From contig CALBFP010000230.1 in the NCBI GenBank assembly GCA_937894115.1, positions 1 to 55,350 of the forward strand: a DNA stretch of 55,350 bases, written 5' to 3'. Source of the DNA: an uncultured euryarchaeote. GTDB lineage: Archaea; Thermoplasmatota; Poseidoniia; Poseidoniales; Poseidoniaceae. The stretch's first letter is position 1. Each line of letters starts with the position of its first letter. The translations under genes and the position numbers were made by a program. This document shows positions 18,055 through 25,884 of this stretch, piece after piece. The notes under the pieces were generated by a model. That model did not search any database. It was not told the DNA's origin and saw only the letters and a program-made list of their open reading frames with translations.

Positions 18055-18777
18055 TCACTCGTTTGCTGAATCCTTGTCCCAATCGACATCGGTACCTAGG
18101 TTGTCATCTTTTGAGCCAGCGTTACGGTCAGCCCATGACTGCGATTGCCAAGCAGTCTCTTGTGCCGCAGCAGCAGCTCTTTGGTTGCGAGCGATTTCTT
18201 CGAGGGCTTTTACTCTGGCTTCTTCTTCCCTCTGTTTTATTTCATCCTGTAGGTTTTTCTCAGCGAGTTCCATCGCCTGATCCCAATGGCGGATTGCTGT
18301 GAGCAGTGCGAAATGTACGAACCCTTCTTTGTTTTCTTGTCGATTACCACCAATTTGCGTAGCCTCTGCGATTGCCCATGTTTTTGATGCAATTCCGACA
18401 TAGACGTATCCTACTTTTTTGCTGGTACCATCGTTACTTGGACCTGCAATTCCTGTGATGGATATTGCAATGTCAGCATTTGCTCGCGTTAGAGCACCTT
18501 GTGCCATTTGAATTGCAACTTCTGCGGATACCGCACCGCGTTTTTCCAGTGTCTTAGGATCGACATTCAATTCGCGAATTTTTGCATCATAGGAATACGT
18601 CACCCATGATTGATTGAACCACTTGCTCGCACCAGCGATGTCAGTGAGCGTACTCGACAACAAACCACCTGTGCAGGATTCAGCGATGGTGATGGTATAA
18701 CCATCTTTCAGACGGCGAACCAACCGCGCCGCGGCCGCTTGAGCCTCTTCGTCCATTGGTTGATGGCGGTTGAGCAT
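18055..18777 (-). CDS. CinA C-terminal domain protein (NMN deamidase, PncC-like) with C-terminal charged extension
   Basis: AESCTGG, GAS.WF, VTYS...K, GAVSAEVA..MA.GA, SITGIAGP motifs. Alternative start at 18756. Confidence 0.88.
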   Translation of the reverse strand: MLNRHQPMDEEAQAAAARLVRRLKDGYTITIAESCTGGLLSSTLTDIAGASKWFNQSWVTYSYDAKIRELNVDPKTLEKRGAVSAEVAIQMAQGALTRANADIAISITGIAGPSNDGTSKKVGYVYVGIASKTWAIAEATQIGGNRQENKEGFVHFALLTAIRHWDQAMELAEKNLQDEIKQREEEARVKALEEIARNQRAAAAAQETAWQSQSWADRNAGSKDDNLGTDVDWDKDSANE

Positions 18778-18836
18778 CTATTTTGAGGTTATTGGATTGC
18801 CAAGCGTTTCAAATACGACTCCATCAACGGATGGTT

Positions 18837-18910
18837 GGGTCTGTGGTCTAGGGGTTTATGACGTCGCCCTTACAAGGCGAAGATCGAGGGTTCAATTCCC
18901 TCCGGACCCA
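18837..18910 (+). tRNA. tRNA-Val(TAC)
   Basis: Acceptor GGGTCTG/CGGACCC plus discriminator A. Anticodon arm TCGCC-CTTACAA-GGCGA. T arm GAGGG-TTCAATT-CCCTC. CCA not encoded. Confidence 0.95.
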
Positions 18911-19216
18911 CTACCATAAATGATCTTCAATGGTTGAAGCGTCACACGACACGACTTTTGTAATTCCCGTGATTTGACGAATTTCATCTGCGTCTGCTGC
19001 TTCTGATACGAGTAGGAGGTGGACAGCGCGGACCCATAAACCGTTTTCAGGAACAGATTTCCGGTGATCAACGGCTACTAAAACCCCATCAAGTTCAGCG
19101 AACATCATCACTGACAACGCTTTGGGGATGTCTTCTTGTTGAAGAATCACCCAACGAAAACCCTGTATCGATTCACGTATGTTACCACTCAGTTTAGAAA
19201 ATCGAACAACATTCAT
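18911..19216 (-). CDS. Hypothetical protein (101 aa), likely co-transcribed with pelota
   Basis: ATG start 2 nt after the pelota stop and a globular composition. No family recognised. Confidence 0.7.
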   Translation of the reverse strand: MNVVRFSKLSGNIRESIQGFRWVILQQEDIPKALSVMMFAELDGVLVAVDHRKSVPENGLWVRAVHLLLVSEAADADEIRQITGITKVVSCDASTIEDHLW

Positions 19217-19218
19217 GT

Positions 19219-20283
19219 TTACACCATCTTGTAGCGAAGAAGAGCAACAATGCCACCCAAGCCAGTAAGTTGCTCACCAGCATCGTGGTCGATTGAGCAC
19301 TGAATCAGATTTCCACCAATCTCATCCAATTTCGCGACCCAATCACTGAGCAACACCCCATCAATCAACGTCTCTCCATCTCTCAATAAATCAATCGCAA
19401 CAAGAAGCGTTTCAATCGCTCCTTCTTCCATGGCTCGAACAAGTTCCTGCTCTCCATAAGCAACTGCCCCGTTAGAGGCGATACGGGTCCATACCTCTTC
19501 TAAGAGCTGAATTTCTTTGTGAATTGCGTGGTCCTGCAGGAATTCATTTGCAAGTCCATCTTGCAATACTTCGTTGGCACCTGCTCGTCCTGCCATAGAT
19601 GTTGCAATCAAACGTAAGTTTCTTTGCGGTTCAGATTCGAGAATGACCGTTCTTAGTTTTTCACGAGCATGACCGGGTCCGCATACAATCATCGGTAACT
19701 CTTGGTCTGTTGCAGCGAGTATCTCTTTCGCTACCTGTTTTTGGAACGATTTTGCCACAGATTCACTGTTGCGAGCGTCTCCACGCTTCCCGCCACCGCG
19801 CATTGACCAAGTTGCCCCCTCTCGTAAGCCTCTTGAGGTGATTTCAAACAACACAATTTCGTCATTTTCAACAACAACAATTGAGACATTGCTTTTGTTT
19901 GATGACTCAATCGATTCCTCAAGCAGTGATACATCCATCTCGGGAAACGCATCCATTGAAATTAACTCAACTTCGTCTCCACATTCTATGAGATGTGTGT
20001 GGTGTAAACCGATATCAATCGGTGCTTGTTGTATGGTCCCATGCACACGCAAAATATCGGAATATGTTTGATATTCGGTTTTGAGAATTTTCAACTGAAT
20101 CCACATTTTCTTGCGTTCAGCGGCTTTGGCTCGTAATCCAGATTCAGCTGTTGTAGGATCTCTTCGCTCACCCAACATTGCAATTGAACGTCCTTGAGTA
20201 GCAACCCGTGCCAGAACCCACAAATCATCCTCGGATTCTATCCGAAGTTTCCATTGAGTGTCATCTCGCCGCAGGATGCGCAT
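19219..20283 (-). CDS. pelA: mRNA surveillance / ribosome rescue protein pelota (aDom34)
   Basis: ESEDDLWVL, LRVHGTI, G.HHT, GPGH...., AVAYG...., GAIETLLV, H.AGEQL..LGGIVALLRY eRF1-family motifs. Confidence 0.92.
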   Translation of the reverse strand: MRILRRDDTQWKLRIESEDDLWVLARVATQGRSIAMLGERRDPTTAESGLRAKAAERKKMWIQLKILKTEYQTYSDILRVHGTIQQAPIDIGLHHTHLIECGDEVELISMDAFPEMDVSLLEESIESSNKSNVSIVVVENDEIVLFEITSRGLREGATWSMRGGGKRGDARNSESVAKSFQKQVAKEILAATDQELPMIVCGPGHAREKLRTVILESEPQRNLRLIATSMAGRAGANEVLQDGLANEFLQDHAIHKEIQLLEEVWTRIASNGAVAYGEQELVRAMEEGAIETLLVAIDLLRDGETLIDGVLLSDWVAKLDEIGGNLIQCSIDHDAGEQLTGLGGIVALLRYKMV

Positions 20284-20289
20284 CGGTGT

Positions 20290-22005
20290 TCACCCAAATA
20301 CGCCCTTGAGGTTACCGTCCTCATCCATATCCATATCGTTTGCAGCAGGTCGTTTCGGCAAACCTGGCATTGTCATCATCGAGCCAAGAATGGCCACGAC
20401 AAAACCTGCTCCGGAATTCAAACGGAATTCCCGAATAGGAAGATCAAAACCTGTGGGAGCACCAAGCATTCCAGCATCATGAGAAAATGAGTATTGTGTC
20501 TTTGCCATGCAAATGGGAAGATTTCCGTAACCCCAATCCTGAATTTTCTTGAGTTGCCGTTTTGCTGATGTTTCGATCTGTACGCTGTTTGCTCCGTACA
20601 TTCGGGTTGCTATAGCGTTGATTTTGTCTTCGATAGAATCGCTTGAAACTACGAGTGGAAGAAACGGACGTCCAGCAGCGACATGTTCATGAATGGCCTC
20701 GACAACAGATTTAGCGAGATCAATTCCACCTTCTCCACCTTTGGCATGAACGTCGGTCCGACATACTCGAGTTGCTCCGCTTGCTCGAGCAGCGGATTCA
20801 ATTGCTTGAAGTTCTGCTTCTGTATCACTACCAAAACGATTGATTGAAACTACAACAGGTACACCAAACCGAGCCATGTTTTTGATGTGACGATCAAGAT
20901 TGGATGTTGCGCCTGCGATGACAGCTTGAACATTTTCTGTTTCTAGTTCTTCTTTTGATGGTCGATAGCCTCCACGTTCTCCAAAGGCTTTACCGTGCAA
21001 TTTCATCGATCGTACAGTAACGTTCATCACCACGCAATCAGGTGCTTTGCCAGATGTATTTGCTTTGATGTGCATAAATTTTTCAGCGCCCATATCGCTT
21101 CCAAAGCCAGCTTCTGTGACCACGTAATCAGCACAAGAGAGAGCGATTCGATCTGCAACAATAGAGGAATTTCCATGCGCAATGTTTGCAAAAGGGCCTC
21201 CGTGAATAAATGCAGGATTTCCTTCAATTGTTTGAACGAGATTGGGTAAAAACGCATTGCGTAGAAGAAGGGCCATGGAACCTGCTGCTTCAATGTGTTC
21301 CGCTTTGATGGGTTTCCCATCCATGGATTCAGCGATGACAATGTTGCCAAGCCGCTTTCGTAAATCTGCATAGTCTTTTGCAAGCACGAGAATAGCCATA
21401 ATTTCGGAGGCGGCCGTGATATCAAACCGGTCTTGACGTACGTTGCCGTTGGCTGGACCGCCAAGTCCAATCACAACTTCTCGCAAAGACCGGTCGTTCA
21501 AATCGACAACCCGTGGCCAGTAGACTCGGTTTGCATCGATGTTGCACTCGTTCCCTTGCTTGATGTGGTTATCGAGTAAGGATGACAGAAGATTGTGTGC
21601 AGAAGTGACTGCATGGAGGTCACCAGTAAAGTGCAGGTTGATTTCCTCCATAGGAAGAACTTGAGCGTGGCCTCCACCAGCAGCCCCTCCCTTGATACCA
21701 AAAACTGGGCCCATTGATGGTTCACGGACGACACATGTCGCGTTCTTGCCAAGTTGACATAGTGCTTGAGTCAATCCAATTGTTGTGACTGTTTTACCTT
21801 CACCAAACGGAGTGGGGTTAACCGAAGTTACGAGAATAAGATTCCCATTGGAAGAACCAAACCGTTGCTTCATTCCCTCCCAAGACAACTTCGCCATATG
21901 TTTCCCATAAGGAATCAATTCACCGGAGGGAATTCCTAATTTCCAAGCAATGGCCTCAATCGGTTCCAATTGGGCGTTACGTGCGATGTCCAAATCACTA
22001 GCCAT
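20290..22005 (-). CDS. fhs: Formate--tetrahydrofolate ligase
   Basis: PTPFGEGKT, REPSMGPVFGIKGGAAGGG, NLHFTGD, HGGPFANIAHG, TEAGFGSDMGAEKF, CMAKTQYS, MMTMPGLPKRP. Confidence 0.97.
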   Translation of the reverse strand: MASDLDIARNAQLEPIEAIAWKLGIPSGELIPYGKHMAKLSWEGMKQRFGSSNGNLILVTSVNPTPFGEGKTVTTIGLTQALCQLGKNATCVVREPSMGPVFGIKGGAAGGGHAQVLPMEEINLHFTGDLHAVTSAHNLLSSLLDNHIKQGNECNIDANRVYWPRVVDLNDRSLREVVIGLGGPANGNVRQDRFDITAASEIMAILVLAKDYADLRKRLGNIVIAESMDGKPIKAEHIEAAGSMALLLRNAFLPNLVQTIEGNPAFIHGGPFANIAHGNSSIVADRIALSCADYVVTEAGFGSDMGAEKFMHIKANTSGKAPDCVVMNVTVRSMKLHGKAFGERGGYRPSKEELETENVQAVIAGATSNLDRHIKNMARFGVPVVVSINRFGSDTEAELQAIESAARASGATRVCRTDVHAKGGEGGIDLAKSVVEAIHEHVAAGRPFLPLVVSSDSIEDKINAIATRMYGANSVQIETSAKRQLKKIQDWGYGNLPICMAKTQYSFSHDAGMLGAPTGFDLPIREFRLNSGAGFVVAILGSMMTMPGLPKRPAANDMDMDEDGNLKGVFG

Positions 22006-22094
22006 GAACTGCTGCAAGGCCGTTTGGCTATCAAATCAACCCCTCAAAATGGGTCCTTCCTACGGTTTTACCATAGATTTTGTTTCGGCCGACT

Positions 22095-23483
22095 TCAGTC
22101 TTCCTTCATTGACCCAAGGTAGTCGGGTAGATCGACGCCAGCCATCTTGGCTACATCATGGACCGGAGGCAGGGAACGTATCAAGGAGGATACGAAATTC
22201 GCTGTGCTTCCACCCTCGCCACCATTGCCTGAATCCCAAACAGTAATCTTGTCGATTTGGAGGTTCGAGATTGCCTCGGTTTGTCGAGCAACGATCTCCT
22301 CAATCTTCTCAACCATCAGAAGCGTTGCAGCGGCTTTGACATCGCCACCAGCACTTGCAACGAGTTGTTTGTATCCGTTTGCTTTTGCTTCGAGAACAGC
22401 CTTGGTACCCTCTGCTTCAGCGTTGTAGCGGGCCAAAACAGCATCTGCTTCACCTTGGGCGATGCGACGTTGACGCTCAGCCTCAGCCTCTGCGGCAATC
22501 TCAATCTGCGTCTTGGATATTTCCTCACGAACGATTTCTTCAGCACGAAGACGTTCTTGTTCAAGACTGTATTGTGCTTTTTGAACATCCATTTCAGCAG
22601 TACGTCGGGCAACTTCCGCACGTCGCATTGCCTCAGCTTCCTTCTCTTCAAGGTCTGCTTGATACGCAGCAATTTCAGCACGAGAAATGTTTTCGCCCTG
22701 TACACCAGTTGCTTCTTGTTGTTGGACGTAAACACGTCGGTCAACTTCAGCAGCCTTTTGTCCCTTTTCAGATTCTGCAACGTTTTCTGCGACTTGGACT
22801 TCCCGCTCTCTGTCTGCATTTGCCTTACCGATTGCACCATCACGCTCAGCGTTTGCAACGTCGACGAGAGCCTTGTTGACGGCACCTGCTGCAGCCTTCT
22901 TACCAATGCTGTTGATGTAATTGGACTCATCAGTAATATCGATGATGTTGACGTTGATGAGGTAGAGACCTAACTTGTGAAGTTCTGCACCGACGTTGTC
23001 ACGGATGAGTTCGAGGAATGCATCACGATCTTGGTTGATTTGTTCGATGGTTAAACTTGCGACAGTAAGACGGAGTTGACCAAGGATAATTTCTTGTGCC
23101 ATTCCCTCAATGTCGTTTTTTGTAAGATGAAGCAGACGCTCTGCAGCGTTGTTCATAATCAGGGGGTTGGTACTGACACCGACTGTGAATGTTGATGGAA
23201 CGTTGATACGAATGTTTTGTAGTGAAAGTGCATTGTCGAGAGGAATGGATATTGTCATAGGAATAAGAGAGATTTTCTTGTATTCCTGAATCAGTGGCCA
23301 AACCATAACGGCACCACCGTGGATACATCTCGAGGCTTTCCCCCCACGGATTCGTCCATAAACAACGAGAATTTCGTCAGAGGCGCAACGTTTGTATCGT
23401 GTTGCTACCAATATAATTCCAAAGGCTGCGATAGCCAATACGCCAAAAACGATGAAAACTGCCCAAAATCCTGCATCCGCCAT
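22095..23483 (-). CDS. Flotillin-like SPFH domain membrane protein
   Basis: N-terminal TM, SPFH domain (NAAERLL, GQLRL.VA.LTIEQIN.DRD.F), AE-rich coiled coil, C-terminal IDKITVWD. Confidence 0.92.
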   Translation of the reverse strand: MADAGFWAVFIVFGVLAIAAFGIILVATRYKRCASDEILVVYGRIRGGKASRCIHGGAVMVWPLIQEYKKISLIPMTISIPLDNALSLQNIRINVPSTFTVGVSTNPLIMNNAAERLLHLTKNDIEGMAQEIILGQLRLTVASLTIEQINQDRDAFLELIRDNVGAELHKLGLYLINVNIIDITDESNYINSIGKKAAAGAVNKALVDVANAERDGAIGKANADREREVQVAENVAESEKGQKAAEVDRRVYVQQQEATGVQGENISRAEIAAYQADLEEKEAEAMRRAEVARRTAEMDVQKAQYSLEQERLRAEEIVREEISKTQIEIAAEAEAERQRRIAQGEADAVLARYNAEAEGTKAVLEAKANGYKQLVASAGGDVKAAATLLMVEKIEEIVARQTEAISNLQIDKITVWDSGNGGEGGSTANFVSSLIRSLPPVHDVAKMAGVDLPDYLGSMKED

Positions 23484-23543
23484 GATTCTTTGTAGCGTTC
23501 TTCGCTATTAATCACTTTGCCTGCGGCTTTGTTGGATTTGTTA

Positions 23544-24152
23544 TCACTCTTCGGAGGAGATGTCGTCGAGTGGCGCAACAATCATTGTCGAACCGATGAT
23601 ATCGACTACTTTGATGAATTCTCCAGATGGAATTAGCATGTTTTTGTCCTGTGCTCTAGCCAACAACGTCTTGAGCGTACCGTCAACAGGAACTTGAATC
23701 TCGCCGGTTTCGTTTGGCTTAATGCGGGAATAGACTTGGCCTCGCTGACCGACCGCATCGTTGTAATTGATGGTACCATCAGCTTGCAACTGATTGATTC
23801 CATACATCATTTTCCCCATACCGTACATGCCGGCTGCAGCACCGATTCCACCGGCCAGTACAGCGACAACATCGCTACCGGTCGCTGAAAGGCCGAACAT
23901 ACCTGTCAGGCCGAACATCATAACTGCAACCGAAAGTCCTTGCACGCTCAAAATTTCGAATGCTCCACCTCCAGCGTCGATATCCAAGCCGATTGCATCG
24001 GTAACTCCTCCTAAGACGTCACCGATCATCATCAGAAGCATCATGATAAAGAAGAGAATTCCACCAAGAACTGCGCAACTCACGAAGATAATTTCCATCA
24101 GTGTCGGAGTCTCAATTCCAACAAACTCAGTTAGCCATTCAAACAAGGTCAT
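23544..24152 (-). CDS. NfeD-like membrane protein (flotillin partner)
   Basis: Three hydrophobic helices then an OB-like C-domain (VGQRGQVYSRI....GEIQV.VDG). Lies directly upstream of flotillin, the usual NfeD-SPFH arrangement. Confidence 0.85.
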   Translation of the reverse strand: MTLFEWLTEFVGIETPTLMEIIFVSCAVLGGILFFIMMLLMMIGDVLGGVTDAIGLDIDAGGGAFEILSVQGLSVAVMMFGLTGMFGLSATGSDVVAVLAGGIGAAAGMYGMGKMMYGINQLQADGTINYNDAVGQRGQVYSRIKPNETGEIQVPVDGTLKTLLARAQDKNMLIPSGEFIKVVDIIGSTMIVAPLDDISSEE

Positions 24153-24174
24153 GTTCCGAATCACCAGCCAGTCA

Positions 24175-24426
24175 TTAATTGTCTTTTCTAGCAATTTGTT
24201 GGAGTTTGTATCGTTCTATTGCAACTATAAGGGATAAGGAAAGGCCCGCGAACAACGCTGATACGATGTTTGGAACATCAGCAGCCCACAGCAGCAACCA
24301 TACCCACAGAGGTAGAAACAACATCATTGTTCTACGAATAAAAGGCCAGAGTCCTCCGAACAACTCTTCAGAGCCTTCATCGATGGCTCGTATTGTCGTA
24401 ACCGTTCCTGGGTCGATAGGAATCAT
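24175..24426 (-). CDS. Small hypothetical membrane protein (83 aa)
   Basis: Two hydrophobic helices. Co-oriented and tightly packed in the flotillin cluster. Confidence 0.65.
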   Translation of the reverse strand: MIPIDPGTVTTIRAIDEGSEELFGGLWPFIRRTMMLFLPLWVWLLLWAADVPNIVSALFAGLSLSLIVAIERYKLQQIARKDN

Positions 24427-24442
24427 GTTTTTCGCCTTGTTA

Positions 24443-24745
24443 TCAAACAGCGGCCAGCAATACGATCAACGAGACAACCCAAAGACCGACACCAAAGCCG
24501 ACACCCTTTCCTTGGCCCTTAATCGCATCATCGTGAACCTCACGGCTCATCTTGAGAGGATTGAGAAGGAGATCACGTTGTTCTTGTCGGAAAATAATCA
24601 ATGCAAGCATAAATGCTGCAGCGGCGGAACCACCAAACAGTGTTGTAATCCATCCTTCTACTTCGCCAACAAGTTTGATTGAGAGAAAAACTTGTGTAAT
24701 TGCAAACATCATCCAGAGAAAGGACCCACGTTCTGCTGCGGCCAT
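24443..24745 (-). CDS. Small hypothetical membrane protein (100 aa)
   Basis: Three hydrophobic segments. 16-nt gap to the next co-oriented ORF. Confidence 0.7.
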   Translation of the reverse strand: MAAAERGSFLWMMFAITQVFLSIKLVGEVEGWITTLFGGSAAAAFMLALIIFRQEQRDLLLNPLKMSREVHDDAIKGQGKGVGFGVGLWVVSLIVLLAAV

Positions 24746-24851
24746 GGTACAAGGAGGACGGTCTTCTTTTTGAATCCATGGCCTGCATTTTGTTGCTTAA
24801 GACAAGATGTTCAAAGCAGACGTTCATGAACAATGACTCCGAAGTAGAACC

Positions 24852-25835
24852 ATGTTCGGTTTGAGGTACGCTGTTGGTGGCGCTCCGATTGAACACACCT
24901 TGTCACCAATTTTGTTTGACCTTGTCCTTGTGTATCTCAAGGACAAAGGGTACTTTTCAAAACTTGATGCATCAACGGTTACCATTGTTGAAACCAACCA
25001 CATCGATGAGGTTCTTGGATGGGCCTACATCGAACACGACGAGCACCAACCTCTATGGGGACCTGTCAACGAGAAGGTGAAGACGTTCCAACCGCAGCTT
25101 TTGAATGCTGCATTGAAGGCGATTCAACTCGATTCTGATGCAAGGATTGCAGCAAAACTTCGACCGGTTATTCGTAAAACTGACACATTGAATTTCCCAG
25201 AGCGTTCCTCCTCATATGAAGTGTGGCTGAACCTCACTTCACCCCTCAAACACCAGATTCAAGGTGTGGCTTTCTCAGCAATCGATGAAGCGCTTGAAAT
25301 TATTTCCGTTAACGCACTTCGATACGATGGGCAAGGATGGTATTGTGCGACCACCGATGGGCAAGGGGTTGTACATGTAGCGTCACACTTTGGAATCGAA
25401 GTATCCAAAGGTGCAGTTCTTGGCATCAATGGAGGAGGGGGGGCTGCTCGTTCAATTGCTTCCGCCTGGCGCAGTCATGGTGGAAAGATTCTCTCCCTTG
25501 GCGGAAAGCGTCAACTTCCAGCAACAATGGTCAATTCAAAATTGGAAGCGAAAACGATGTGCGATTTGATCATCGATGCTGAGGGCACGCTGGAAGTTGA
25601 TGTCAATGCAAGGTTCGTTCTCAGTCCAGTATATCAGCCTATGAAAGGGACGTATGATGAACGCATGAATGCGCTCTCAACCAGCAACAATCAAATTGAC
25701 GGACGGTGGATGTTGGCCGCTCAACATCTCGAGTGTTGGCGTAGCTTGTGGGCACCTCATCTTTCAGCGGATATGCCTTCATTGGAAGAATTGGTGACAT
25801 GGTTGGTCGCAGTTGAATGTGAATTTGAGCAATGA
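24852..25835 (+). CDS. Divergent shikimate dehydrogenase-like protein
   Basis: PIEHTLSP, NLTSPLK, VNAL, TTDGQG, GGGGAARS (NADP-binding) and DGRWMLAAQ match AroE-family motifs in order. Confidence 0.7.
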   Translation: MFGLRYAVGGAPIEHTLSPILFDLVLVYLKDKGYFSKLDASTVTIVETNHIDEVLGWAYIEHDEHQPLWGPVNEKVKTFQPQLLNAALKAIQLDSDARIAAKLRPVIRKTDTLNFPERSSSYEVWLNLTSPLKHQIQGVAFSAIDEALEIISVNALRYDGQGWYCATTDGQGVVHVASHFGIEVSKGAVLGINGGGGAARSIASAWRSHGGKILSLGGKRQLPATMVNSKLEAKTMCDLIIDAEGTLEVDVNARFVLSPVYQPMKGTYDERMNALSTSNNQIDGRWMLAAQHLECWRSLWAPHLSADMPSLEELVTWLVAVECEFEQ

Positions 25836-25884
25836 CGATGCAATCGTGTGCAAAAATCAAATGTCCCTACGCGCACCGAACACC

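Noticed and set aside
22257-22973. Long overlapping ORFs (238, 204, 174 aa) in the flotillin gene
   Set aside because: By-products of the repetitive Ala/Glu coiled-coil coding sequence.
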